The translations under genes were made by a program, and so were the position numbers. From Psilocybe cubensis (lineage: Eukaryota), in assembly GCA_017499595.2 (NCBI GenBank), contig CM039005.1:1240001-1304000 (forward strand): a DNA stretch of 64,000 nucleotides, in the 5' to 3' direction. The stretch's first letter is position 1. The number at the start of each line of letters is the position of its first letter. This document shows positions 12,460 through 26,147 of this stretch, one piece after another. The notes under the pieces were generated by a model. The model searched no databases. It saw nothing but the letters and a program-made list of their open reading frames with translations, and was not told the origin of the DNA.

Positions 12460-15400
12460 TGTCAATTCAGTCGTTGTTGCTACCAGAAGCTATGGTCTGT
12501 CACGGCTCTCGTCTACATTCACTCGAAGCTGCCATATCTCCATTCAATGTTTCCTGGGAGCATATTAAAAGCGCGACGTCGTTCAATCTTTGTTTGGGGC
12601 GTCCGTCTAGTCGCAAAATGGCAGGCTGGCGTCTTATGTTGGCGTTGATCCGATTCCTAGGCCAGACTAGTGAAGCATCAGTCAGATGTACGTATTTAAA
12701 AGCAGGAATTCGAAATTACCGACATTTGTTTTCATTCCAACTAGTCGAATAATCGTCGTCACGCAGCTCTACGGAAGAAAATCCACCTTGTATCCAAACG
12801 CACTTCTCTCTCTAAAAAAGAAAGGCATCATGCAATGGTACACCCATGCATTGGATCTGTGTGCAAAGCTACCCTACGCGACCAATCATAACTGACTTGA
12901 TACATTTGGAAACCGCAAATCATACAAGCTGGAGTTCGACTTCATAGTCACTACATTTAAACGAACAATGTCAACGACCTAATGGCCTCTTTGTTCCATA
13001 GATGCTGCCATACTCTGACCCATCTTCTTATCATTTTGACTCTTGTTTGCCTCGGCTTTTTTATCACTCTGTGCAGCATCCGTCAACTATCGATTTCATA
13101 GGCGACCATCACCAAAACGAAATACATACTGCGTGTTCAAAATATTCTAAAAGACAGTAATAAATGAGTGCAGTGCCCAGATCAAGATTATATGAAACCG
13201 CACCTTTCCTCTGTTCTCGATCAGAAATATGGCCTGCGTCAATCGGACTGTCCACGGACGCCCGTCCCATTGGCTTCTCGTCCGCTGCAGGTGGCGAATT
13301 GGTGCCGCTCCCGATATCTTTAACGCGTTGGCAGTGGTCCGACATTCTTAAAGTGTTATGAACTAGTGATTGTAGGTGGCTGATTTGCTTTGTCTCGAAC
13401 TGGAACTCAAACGCTCGTTTATGTAGCCAGACGAATGTATTTCTGGCTGGATGACATCAGGTTGGTGTATTGTTTAGGATGATGTCACCATCCAGGCGCT
13501 GATTCCACTCTTGGATGTCACTTCCTGATCCGGAAATTATTTCTACTCCAGTCCAACATGACCTGATGGTTTCTGTCAAGGTCAATTTTTGAGAGGAAAC
13601 AAATGAGGTGCTAATTTTCTGGTCCTACATTGCGGCGGCAGCATATAGTAGTATGTCATCTGTAAGTGTTCCGTTCCGTTTGTAATGCGTGTGCGGAGGA
13701 TAATAACTTGTTGAAATCTTCATTCGTCAATTACCAGTCACTTCATTGAGAAAATGTCGCAGATTCCGACTTTTCACTGTCTGCTCGCCGCTTACAAAAT
13801 AATTGCAATGACGGTTAGCAAAACCTTCTCTCCGTCGCAAACTTTATGCTTTGATTGATTTGTGAGAGCCTTGAAATATGCTATGATGCAGATCAACATT
13901 GACTCAACTATGCGAACCATGTTCGCAACATAGCTGTTTTATAAAAGCGTGTACGATTCATTGAATCGAAACACTTAAAAAAACTTACTTTCAAAGCCTA
14001 GCTTAATACGGTTTATCCGTGCCTCGCAAGATGATTTATATGTCTTCTGTTAGTCTTTGCTTCTACCGCATGGTCATTTGTTTGCCAGGGATTTTATGAC
14101 AAGTGCTTTGGGTATGACTGTTCAATTCTTCATGATTGTATGAATGTACCTCCGGGAGATTTATGGTCGGTTTAGGGTCATACCTTTGATCATGGTTCGT
14201 TTCAATTGATCACTGTTTAAATATCATTCTTATTTCACCAAATTTATTTGTCAGTCTTTCTGGCCCTGTAAACGGCTTCTGAGATGCGATTATATTTGCT
14301 TGGATTGAGAAAATGTATCACCACATCTCTACACATGAAGGAGCTTTGCACCAATGTGCTCTTGGTAGGCTCTACTCTACATCTGTGCCTTTTGTGAAGT
14401 CGGACGTCAATGCACTAACCTGTATCGGGCCCCGCTTTTCTGTGTGGGATATAGATCAATCGCAGCAACACGTCCGATATCCGATGGTGCTCTTCAGCAC
14501 TGGTATTTTCTCCGCTATCTTTTCATTCTGGTCCTTGCAATCCCAGTCTCCTCTCAAATTTTAACCACGCGGTATCTAACTGCCATCGTGAAAGATATAC
14601 AAAATTGTCAGCCTACGCATGCAGCCGCTCTCTGGTTATTACCACATGCTCCTCTTGCTCTGCTTCATAGCCATCATGGGCAACCTGGAACATTTGGGGA
14701 TACATTAGAAATACCTCCTTCAACGAAGGGTTCTCGAACGCACAACTCACATACCCTCAAGGCGATAGAGCGCACCGTCCCGAACCTCCGCGGTTTCTCC
14801 GAGCGCATAAGCCGTGAGGTGCCGTTTGCCTTTTACACTCTGTTTTGTAATCATAGTTTGGGAAGTTTCGGGATGAACTGAAGAACTTCTATCAGAATGC
14901 AGGGTATCTGCCCAGTCTGGGGATTTATCCCCATGAAATTGAACGTCAGCTGAACGGTTAATACGAAAGGCGGCAAGGGGTTAGCAAAGTTTGTCCCTTT
15001 GAGATCACCCACCGTGAGTTGAACTGGGATATAGGTTGAGAATCCTCAATGGTTAATATAACAAGCCATTGGACAAAATAGGGCGTTAGGAATCCGCAGT
15101 AAATCGCCAGTATGTATAACGGACGTCAAGTACCTGTGAGGCAGATTATTAAAACCATTGAACAAAGAAGCACGTATAACACGGACATGTGGACTTCGCG
15201 GCTCGGAAATTAATTTCAATTCAATCAATTGTTATTATAATCGGTATGTCCCCTCAGTTACTACTAAGCAAGGGCAGGGAGATCGAGGCCAGGGACATAT
15301 CATGCTATCAACTAATATATCAAGTTACCAACAGGTTATAGAAAAATTACTCATCTCTCTCAAATCAGAAATTCTACTTCCAACTTCCATCAAAGAGATA

Positions 15401-16099
15401 CACGTTTATCCTCTTCCCGTACACTTAGTAGCACCGGCGCACAGCAGTGACTAAAAATGCAAAGATAAATAGACGCTTTAACAAAGTTGTCCCATTAGCT
15501 CACCCTGGACATTGAAGACTGTCACGGTAAACAGGCATGCAACTACGAACCCACATCGTAATAATGTAACATGATCTAAAGTGTGTTTTTGACTGAAAAC
15601 TAGAAATATATCAATGACCTTCAAACTAGGGCTGCTTTTATTCGAGTCGGACTTAATGTCGGAAGCGTTAACGTAGGGTAAAATGATTCAAAAAGAATAT
15701 TTATTTTTACAGAACCGTTAAAAAATCTCCCAGAATACAAGAAGGAACTATCCAGTAAATATTAATGTGGTGCTACAGCCACCAGAGTTTTATAACTGAG
15801 GTTTATGTGAGTGATTGGTTGGGAACATCGAATTTTAAATAATGATTTGGATATCAAGCCGGGGAAAACCAAGAGGTACTACTATCGAAAAATCGACAAA
15901 GATGAAAATTAAAACTCTGGGTCTATTCTACTATTCAAGTTCATCTTAACATAGCATCGGTCATTTCGGGGTCAAAATCAAAGTTAAAGTCGGCGTTTGT
16001 ATGCAAGGTTACTGCCATTCTGAAGAGAACGTTGTCGCCGGTCGGTTGTTTTGATGGGTTGTTTTCATTTGATTCCATGATTTGTATTTAGCCATGTGG

Positions 16100-17301
16100 A
16101 GGACCCCTGACAATAGGCCCAGAGGACGTTCCCGAAAAAGGTCGATTTTTGGGTTTTTTGTCCGTCGCGATTTTCAAAATTTCTGTCCGGATATAGAACG
16201 ACCTACCAATTTTTTCAAAAATTTGTCCGGAAATCGGGAACAACCCTCGGGAGGCCCAATTTGTGTCCGGACAGGCCTAAAAATCGATTTTTTCGCCGCT
16301 GCGCGCGTTCAGCTGAGTTCAGTCGCAAATGGGACGCTTCAGAACAATGTTAAGAATCACTGTAATAAAAAAAAACCTGCCTAGTACAATACAAAACCAT
16401 AAAACGAGTATGCGATGCAAAAAAAGCTATGTACTACTATCTAGGTTTCGCTTTGCAAACATTTTCATCGCTTTTTTGATGCTCCCTACTCCCTCAACCA
16501 ATGTCTTGTAAAGCGAAATATCTTGCGCATGAACTTCAAAACCTGCTGCAGTGACAGACAAGGGTTTATGATAGAGGAGGGTGAGTAACTTGCAGGAAGG
16601 CAGGTGTGCAAATTCAGATACATTGAGCAAGGCAGTTTTGGTGGGTCTTGCAGTGAAGTAGAGGCCATGACTGTGCTCGAAGACTTGAAAAGATGCTTTT
16701 GAAAGGGCACAGACATTGGTAGTAGTCGCAACCGGCTGGTTTCGTGAGTGCTTTCCGTTTGGTTTCTCACTCAAAGCAATGACTAAAGTACGGCGTGATC
16801 ATTAGTCACTACATCGAAACAGCTCCAACTGATAGTCCACTTTACCTTTGCCAATCTGAATCCTATCATCAAGAAAAAGGAACTACAATTGAATGTGTGA
16901 TGCAGAAAATCTATGTAATAATATCTAAATTTCGCTTTGCAAACATTTTCATTGCCTTTTTTATTCTCTTGAACTATGGGTTTACTAAGGGCAAAATACT
17001 AAAAAGGCGATATTGAGATTAGAAACAACGACGTAGTATCACAATACGAAGGGCGGGAGCGACTACACGCTCAGCCTCTATACTAACCGATGACTTATAT
17101 TTTGAGGGTCGTTGATCACGATATATGTCCGGTTTTTGGATCGACCTCGGCGGTCCTGCAACTTTTCTGTCCGGATTTTTGGAACGACATTTTGCTCAAA
17201 ATCTGGGATTTCTGTCCGGTTTCGGAACGTCCGAAGGGGTCGATTTTCAAAATTTTTGTCCGTCCGACGGAACGTCCTCTGGGCCTATTGTCAGGGGTCC
17301 T
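16100..17301. mobile_element. Non-autonomous DNA transposon (1.2 kb) with perfect 33-bp TIRs and target-site duplication
   Basis: aggacccctgacaataggcccagaggacgttcc at 16100-16132 and its exact reverse complement at 17269-17301. Flanked by a direct repeat ccatgtgg (16092-16099, 17302-17309). Many subterminal tgtccg(g) motifs and an internal coding fragment at 16427-16774 (-). Confidence 0.9.
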
Positions 17302-18059
17302 CCATGTGGCCGCCGATTATGTAGAGCTCATATCAGCCCGAGTTTCAACTTGTAAGATGATTGTAGTGAAATAGACTTTAACCAATTTATAGAGTTCTGG
17401 AGTAATACCGCTGTTCATTGTTAAGTAGCTACTTGCACCTCCACAATGTAGGAGAATGTAGGTCCACATGTTCATTCATTTGCATCCGCTCCAAAGAACG
17501 TGGCAATCGCGTGGAATTGGGTATAAATCCGTGTATCTCATCACGTGTCTGAAAAAACATTCACGCGACGCGCTTGGTTCAAAAGAGGCACAAGAAAGGT
17601 AGAATAAAAATATAAAATAAAACCTTATTTTAGTTTGTGGGGGGCGTAATAGAATAGATTGGCTTCTAAGTAGAGTTTACTGGCTTGATGCAATTGCGTT
17701 TCTCTAGATGTGCCTACTATAAAGACCCCTAGTATGTTGGAATGATTTTCTGCCTATTAATGTTCAAAACAAAGCTGATTCGCTATTATACGGTGTATGT
17801 ATGTGTAGATGATATCAAAAAGCCTAAAGCTGTTTCAAGATGGAACAACAACGACATACAATTGCCGCCGGCGCGGCGCCTACATAAAAGGTTAAAAATT
17901 CACACCGCTTTCAGTATCACCTGTTAAAGCCTGTTAATCATTCTGATTTTGCTCAAGCAATGATACAACATTAAATCTGGGTAGAAAATTAATTAAAATT
18001 TCTCTATCAGAAAGATCCAAACCTATCCAAGTCCAACCTTCATTGACTATTGCTTTTCT

Positions 18060-19470
18060 GGTGCACCATAATACCATCCGCACCGGGCTTATGATTAAAA
18101 CCACTTAGATCAGCAGCAACACGATCAAGCATCATGGTAAATACAATGAGACAAGGAAGGTACAACTTTAACTCTTATTACTTCAAATACGCACATACAT
18201 ACCTATAAAAATACAGTTCTCTGCTCCGCGCACTTACTAGCTGTGTCTTGGAAGTACATGAACTGAGGCCATAAAAAAGCAATACTCGCAATTGAGTAGC
18301 CTGCGGGGTGGAACTGGAAGACGATTAACTCCGAGATATGGTGATTCGAATACAATAATAATGTCATTTACTCTCATTAAATGTACCTGGAGATCCCAGC
18401 AACCTTAGAAGTGAGCGGCCAAGTACGTTCCACATGGGTTCTTAACCAGGTATATAAAACCGGCACAGGATTTCATGAGGGTTGGCAACGAAGTTGGGGT
18501 TGTGATTGAATCCTTGAAAAACCCCAAGGCGACGGCCCCGAGGTATGAAAACATAAAGGTAACATCACTGATGTAATGTTGAATCACTTTTTAAAAATAT
18601 AAGTGGATTCTAATTGCGCTTTGGTGTTGCTATGACCAGTGGGACGCATAGAGTTCACCAAGGAGGCTAGTATCTGTCAGACCTTATTTAATACAAGTCC
18701 TTTACCATTGTTGCTATGAGCGCTTCAAGGCGCTTCATAATTAACCGAGCAAGAGATATCACAGTCGTTCCCCATTGTCCTATACTGCCTCGCATCGTTC
18801 ATCAACGTATGAGTTACATTCAAGCAAATGCGGTCTGAGATCGCTGACCCAGTATGCGCAGATTTTCGCTTACTGAGCACGAGGTATGCAACTCAGGCCC
18901 TCGGGTATGTTCACTCCGCCATTCCTGAAGTCCAAGAGTTTCCTAGTCGCGGGAAAGGATCAGTGCTCCCATGGAAACCAAGATACCATATCCGTTTAGC
19001 CCCTCCAAATCTTACAAAACTCCAGCGTCAACGATGCATGGCTGGCTATAACTGGTCACATTTCCGAAGATAGAGAGCTAGACGAGTAGTGAAGTTTTCA
19101 AGACTTTAAACACTTATGCAAAGGCCATGGAACTCCGGGGAGCAAGAGCACGCAAAGAAAATGAATGTCCTCAAAGCCTTGGCAAATGTCATACCATCCT
19201 GCTCGGTCACGAATTCCTCTGGTATAACAATGATGAATGAAGCCTTCTCCAGAATTTGGGATCCTAGAGGGACCGAAAGAAACTTTCATAATGAAACGGC
19301 ACCGATAAGATTCCTGCAGTCAATCCAAAAGTTCCGAGGTGTGGGACTAAGTGTGAGGTGAACTGTAAGCTGTGATAACCGGTGGAGTACAATACACAAC
19401 TTCAAAGTGTAATTTTTAGTTAACAGAGGCCTCCATCCTGGACGTTGGAAGTACATACCGATCGCCACAA
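18060..19470 (-). pseudogene. Degraded gene, possibly a MYND-finger-like protein
   Basis: Protein-like stretches interrupted by stops (LGSQILEKASFIIVIPEEF...FAKALRTFIFFAC) and a C-terminal Cys/His remnant (RLLNCEYC...HKP). No intact model could be built. Confidence 0.25.
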
Positions 19471-19730
19471 ATTAATCATCGTATACAACGGATCAGTTGA
19501 GTAATGAATGCAAGGACGTATCGGTGCAAAAAGGAGGACATTAGAGAGGTCGTTCAGGATTTAACATAAATAGTTTGATATGACGTAACCATTGAATTGG
19601 GTATGGAAAGTTCGTTTATTTAGAAATTAGAATACCTGGACTTCAATAACGATATTCGAGTTCAAAGTTAAGTACAAAACTAGACAAGTTAGAGACGTAC
19701 TTTGACTGATTAACGCTCCTGGTCTACCCT

Positions 19731-21015
19731 TTATTTTTTGAGATAACTGGTCCACCACTCTTCGAACAGTGAAAGTCCAAGGCCACCATCCACAGCTAAA
19801 TCTTCTGTTTCTTTTGTATATAAATGACAGTCACGAGGGCGTGTTGTAGCGCCCTCTCCACTGGGCGGCTCGGCGTCCGGAATTATATGTTTGTGAGGGA
19901 GGCCTAGAATCTTTGCGAACGTAAGGCAGATTTCATATTTGGTGAAGGGTTCATCTGAAGAATAGTGGAGGATGGGCGGAATAGGTTTTTTTAAACCTGG
20001 ATTTGCATAAGGCACAGGGAAGAAACATAAAACGTCAGACCTGCTTACCTGTTAACCGTACCAAGAAGTCTGCAATGTCTAGGACGTTTGTGGGATACCG
20101 GGTGGCGTAGTGATCCATTTTGTATGTTTTCCCTGACTGATCTTGAACAACATCAAGTAATATGTTAATAGCAGAGTCAGAGTTTTGAGGGGCGGGGCCG
20201 TATCTAAATAACAAGGGTACCTCCTGATAAATGGAGGTTCGTGGTAATGATTCACGTAAGGGAACTTACAGCACAGGCACTCTGAGAACGATGACTTTGG
20301 CACCGTCAACTCCTAGAACGGCAACCTCTCCGTCTCTTTTAGAGCGCCCATATAACTGAAGTGGGTTCGTAGAAGAAGAAGGGGTGTATGGAGGAGAGGT
20401 GCCGTCAAAAACGTAGTCTATTTCGCATGTGAGCAGTTAATCATCCCTGTTACAAACATTGAAGAAAAATACCAGTTGAGATGTATACCAGTTTGAATTT
20501 CAACGCTTTCGATAGGGAAGCTAAATGTCCGGGAACTTCTGCATTCAACTGTAGTGGTCACATTGGACGGGTACGCATATAGAGGAGGGATGGAAATAGC
20601 TTACGCGTTGCGCCGCTTCCGGATCCTTGGAAGTGTCAGGCAATTGTCAAGGGCATATTTGAAGGTCGGCGCACCTTTTCAGCAACGTCTGGTCGTCGTT
20701 CAGCAGCACAGTGGATCACCCCTGAGAACCGAACCGCATGAAATCTCGCAATTGATTAGGAGAAAGCCAAGAACTAGTTACAGTCAGGCTTGACTTTGTG
20801 GAAGAAAGCGTCGACTTCTTCCCCATTTCTGAGATCCAGTTTTTGCAGACCGTCACCGACTCGTGAATTGGCGAGCCCAACGGCGTCAAACCCTGAATTC
20901 TTGAATGCGCCGAGGACCGCTGAACCCAAAACTCCAGATGCACCTGCAAACTTCCGTCTTTAGTTTCATTCAAACCAGGGTGAAATAAATCCATGCCTGT
21001 CACGACGACTTTCAT
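19731..21015 (-). CDS. RmlD-like NAD(P)-binding reductase (dTDP-4-dehydrorhamnose reductase / MAT2B-like)
   Basis: MKVVVT|GASGVLGSAV Rossmann motif, IHCAAERRPD, LVYIST|DYVFDGTSPPY, YGRSK, LRVP.LY, RYPT, HYSSDEPFTKYE, RP.DC.L. Confidence 0.88.
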
Positions 21016-23842
21016 ATTTCACTAGATTCGACCTGTAAAAGTTGTGGTATGTAGAACTCGAAGGTAGGCGATGTCAGGAGTACACCGCAGTCAATTGACG
21101 GTCACGACAATCTAATCTCGGTATTCCTTCGGCGATCCCCGGCTGATTTGTTGCCCAAGAGATTGACGTTGTTGTTGCTCTCCGCCATTCCCTTCCTTCC
21201 ACCAAGGTGCTATTGGAGTTTCTTTCATACCCGCAGTCTCAACATCTCAGGTTTGTGCCGTTGTACTGGTAATTATTGGTCACAGGAGCACCTCATATTT
21301 CAAAAACGGTGTCATATACCGGGGTACTCGATTGGGAACGACAAACTCGAGATCTTCCACCCGTTTAAACCGTTTTAGCAAGGCCTTACTACAAGCTCTC
21401 CAATTACACCAGAGAAAGGTCTCTGGCGGACGATTGTCTTGTTCTAGCATCTTCGCTGCTGGCATTGCCCGGTCACACCGTACTTGTTCTGTGCGTTATG
21501 GTACGGCGGAACCCAATGAATGCGCCAAAACTTCCTCGGTGGTTTTTGTTCATCTATGTCTACTGGTCCACTGTTGACTTTGGCATGGGGAATCCCGTGT
21601 ATCGGTGACCATTGCCAATTTGATGCCGGAGCTTACGGGCATTGATTCTCATCCAGTCATCATCCACCTTCGACTGGATTTTTCCTCTTTCCCCGAATTG
21701 GGAATTAAACATGATTGAATGCAACTAATTTCTAGATAGCGGTTGATCAGATGTCTCTCAACGGCTCAGTCTGGACTCTTCAACGGCTTCCGGCTCTATC
21801 CAGGTTGAAAACCAATCAACGCTATGGCAATAACAGGGCTCGACGTCGGTGGTTCAACCCGAAATAACAGTGATGGTGAAGACCGTACGATACGTACGTC
21901 ATCTGCATCTGCGAATTTATTCAACCGCGGTGTACGACTAGCATGTAGAGCAGTATCTGTGACAATCATCTACTATCAGCCGGTTCAATGACTTTCATCC
22001 ATGGCTGGTCATGGGTCCATGTTAGTCGCAAGTATGGGAGGCATACAAATATATTGTCCAGTTGATTCGTTCAATTTCTTTCTTTATGTCCAAGCCCACG
22101 CTTTGCCTGCTTCCGTGGCTATTTAGTTTTTACTCGCTCAGCAGTGGCTTCTTTCAGCACATCGCTTCTTCTGTCGCCCAAACCCGCCACTCAGCTTGCG
22201 AACTCACGGATAAGACTACGCAGGCATCACACGAGAGGGGAGGCCTAATATAGAGATGAAGCCTCGTACACTCTATCAATAGAGGAATATCTGCGTCATG
22301 GGACCTTTCTGTTCGATATTTCCTTCACATAGGAGAAAGTTGATTCTTATGAACACGCTCGAATCTCCAACACGAAACTTCTCGGTCCCGTCAGTAATGA
22401 ATTGGATTTGTGTTCGTGAGCGTCTCCGGTCTTAAAGGGCCGACACTATCCTATATTCCGTTGACGATCTTTTGGAAAACGGAAGGCAATACCACTCTAT
22501 GAATTGGTTGATATACTTAGGTCAACATTAAGCATCTGGATATGTAACTCAATATATATAAATATTCCAAACGGTAAATATGTTCATCCCTTTGCACATC
22601 TCCGGAGAAGACCTCGCTAAGCAGAAATTTCACAAAGCTCATCCACCCTGCTCTCCCAATGGCAACAAGCTTTTCTCACTCTTTTTATCAGAGCCGCCAC
22701 AAACCTAGACATACTCCAGCATCCTCTAAGCAGGAAAAAATGTTGACTATTCCTATCTCTTGGGCCACTTTCCTTACTTTGTTTTGTGTGTAGAACAATA
22801 ATTCATTGCTCCAGTGACGAAATAATTGCTACCGCCAGGTAAGGTTCCCGGCCTATATCATTTAACTTTGGCGCTCTTGGTTGAAAATTGTAGGAGGTTC
22901 AACATCAAGTAGGGGCAGAATTACTTTTTGTGAATGCCATTTATTGCGCATTAATTCAACAAGTGTGATATTTATTTACTATAGCAGCAAGTTGAGCACT
23001 GGCGTGAAGATAGAGACTAAATAAATCGATGATCCTTGGCCTTTTCTCATGGTCAAGCGAGCCCAACCTTTTGCTCGATGCGGGATGGTATCCTCGTGCC
23101 GCAAAATGCGGCGCGGCCGTTGAATCAACGAATTACCTACACCCATGCGATAGATCTGGGTTGGACCATCGCGATGCGACAGATCCTGATTTGCTGGCGT
23201 ATTCCCGACGAAGATAGAGCACGTGCCACAATAGCGGTTTCCGGAGTCAAAGTCAACGCTGCCTTTTCCATTGCAACCACTGCTTTCACCGCCATCCTTT
23301 GTATCTGGAATGGTCCACTCACTCTGTCAATGTTATCCTGAAATAACTTTGAGACCCATATAACCTTCTCGGACAGGCAAAATGCAATCTTTGGCGTCAC
23401 TGGATCGATGAAGATCTTACTGGTGATCCTACGACAACCGCCCTTCTGATATTGAAATTGTCCCGATGTCATGACATCGCGAAGAAACCTGTGTGGAAGT
23501 TTTTGCTCTTTTCGGAAATGTTGGCAGTTTCCATTAGGAACACATGAGAGAGGGTATGTGCGGAAGCGTGAGATTTTGTGAATCCCCATGTTGGTTTCTG
23601 ACCTCCAGGTAATCTGTTTCAGGATTTTGCAATGTTGGACCCATTCCTTCGGTACTCTACATTGGTAGGGTTTCTGAATCTCATCAGTGATCACCACATA
23701 TAGAACCCATATCGTTGAATTTAAATTTTTTTTGGCTTTGTGTGGTTTATGTCAATTGGCTCCATGTACCTGCTGAGCTTCTTTTGGGTGTCGCCTAAAA
23801 GATGCTGTCTTGTTGGGTATATGTACCCCTACCTGACAAAAC

Positions 23843-25590
23843 ATGCTTCCTACCCAAGGCCAGGCTTCGCTGTCTGACGCCCTCCCTCGTACTTCCGTTG
23901 CGATTGAAAAAGAATACACACTCTTTTCTTCTATGCGACGCCGTGCAAACACCAACCAGTCTAGCGAATCAGCTCGACCTAACTTCAAGTTCGCACCAGC
24001 ACCCATATACTCTCATGTGTCTACATATCGGTGTGTGTTGGTTACGAGTACGGCGTAGGAAACATAACTCACCACAGACCGCTATAGTTCCACCAAACTT
24101 GAACTCCAGTTATACAGTCCTTCGTTGAAAGTTCATGAAGACGAACGAGGTCCCGTCGCCGTATTTAGTGACCATGACCAAGTGACTGGCAAGGTCAGCC
24201 TTGACTCAAGTTGTCATCATACAGGAAAATTAGCTATCTCGGTATGTACTTACTACCCCTTGTGGAGTAACTGGCTAAAATTTCTTAAACAGATTCAAGG
24301 TTCATTCTCGTATCTCCCGACCAAGAATATGGACGAACCTGCAATGGTTGTTGAGGCTCAACAATATACCTTTTTTTCCTCAATGACTACCATTTCAATA
24401 TCAAATGGCGAGACTAGTACCGCGAGGTCAGCATTCCGAGATGCATTCGTCAGGCGTCGGCCCAGCATTACGAACATCAACATTTCAACTTGCAGCACTG
24501 AGCGGGTCCATCCATTTTCTTTTTCTCTCCCTGAAAGCATTCGCCTGGGTGAAGAAATGCCCGCGACCTTCAGTTCGGCCAAAGACCCGACTTCGCCGGA
24601 TTATTTTGAAGTTACATACAAAGTAATAGCTGACTGGGAGCCCAACGATCCAACAGAAATACCATCGCAGTACGCCAGTCCACTACGCACTCTATGCTAG
24701 TTTCTAACTTGCTTAGCCTCGAGGTACCGTTTTTGATTCAGCCCGATGCCGACTTTCAATGCGCCGATGCATCGGTTGCTACGCCGGAGTCATGGCTGGA
24801 GATGCCTCTCAAGTCTGACAGACCGATCCCGGTACGCTGTGCTGTGCGTGCATCATTCCTAGCTTAATCTTGTTTTTCGCTGGCTGATAATGTAATGAAA
24901 TACAGATCACACTTCCCACCGAGTTGACATTTTCCCGGTCATCGTCCATCCCTTACTTTGTAGTTTTCACTACGACACCACGTTCGAGTGAATTGGCTAA
25001 AGAAACCGCAGCGGATGCAACTATCGCAGTCTCTTTGATCCGTCAGACAATCATCACGGACAAAACAACCTTACCCCCGACGCCACCTGCCACCCCTTCC
25101 AGCGATGAAGGAGAAAGCTCCTTCCGTCCAAAGATCTTACGGAGAGTTGCTAAGTCTCAGCCACGACTGAGGTCCCGTCGTCCCTCCGATCCCGCACCTA
25201 GCGTTATCTCAAGTCCCACACAAGAAAAGCCTTTGCCGCAGATACCCGTGAACCCGCTAATATTTTCCGATACACGAACCATTCAGACCGAGTTTTGTAT
25301 TGGCTTCCCAAAACGGCCTCGACAGCTCTTTGACAAAGAGAACCATCCGTCGCTGGAAACTATCGCTGCTCTTCCAGATGGTCTTCATAAAGCTAAGATC
25401 AATCTAAATAAAGACATGCTACCCTGTATTGATTGGGGAGGTGTCAGCGTTAGAGTGAGTGAAAATCTACTTTTTTGAATTTTTTAAAATCGCTGTTACT
25501 GACTTCGTGTATTACCAGTACTACCTTGACGTTTCAGTTCTTTTAGGAGCAGATGATCTTCGTGCCCGAATCCCCATTCGAATTGTTTAG
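23843..25590 (+). CDS. Hypothetical protein, arrestin/Ig-fold-like
   Basis: Several spliceable exons: VAVFSDHDQVTGKV, HPFSFSLP..MPATF, FEVTYKVIADW, IPYFVVFTT, YYLDVSVLLG..DLRARIPIRIV*. The pattern is typical of basidiomycete arrestin-like proteins. Confidence 0.6.
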
Positions 25591-26147
25591 ACATTAATTG
25601 CTTTCGTTAAATTCGTCGTTCATTTTTCGTTATTACCCAAATACTTTTGCGATACCAAAGTCTCTTTGCACACATCACTCTTGCTTTCAGCGCATCCTTT
25701 GTATTAACACAGTTGTATTTTTAGTAGATAATTTGCTCTTATTAGTAGTAATGGTTTAGCTACCCAAGGTGATTAGTACCTTGGGGAATTGGCACCTTCG
25801 GGTACCAGATTCTTCCAAGCGGTTCTGAAATCCGCTTCAATTGTGATTTGTGCTGGTCGCATAGCTTTAGCAATATTATTATTCCTTTATTTATCCATCC
25901 TTCCGGCTTGTTTTCAGGTCACTTCAAAATTAAAAGACATCAAGTTTGATGAGGGCAAGTGTAATACAAGGCCCCTAATGAACATGATCGTGACACTAGT
26001 AATACGTATGGCTGTGACCTACTCTGCCGTTGGCCGTTCTTCATATAACCACCATTCACGTTGTTCACTCATATCAGGCTGTCTGGGTCTCCTTTCATTT
26101 CACCTCCTTGATTTTGAGTTGGATCTGTAACACTCGTACCTGTCAAA

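Noticed and set aside
14826-14836. TTGCCTTTTAC resembling the U5 snRNA loop I
   Set aside because: No flanking stem or Sm site is evident.
14160-14881. Possible small membrane-protein gene or remnant
   Set aside because: No consistent spliced model or family motif could be built.
23036-23697. 186-aa minus-strand ORF
   Set aside because: No recognisable domain, start context or exon partners; left unannotated.
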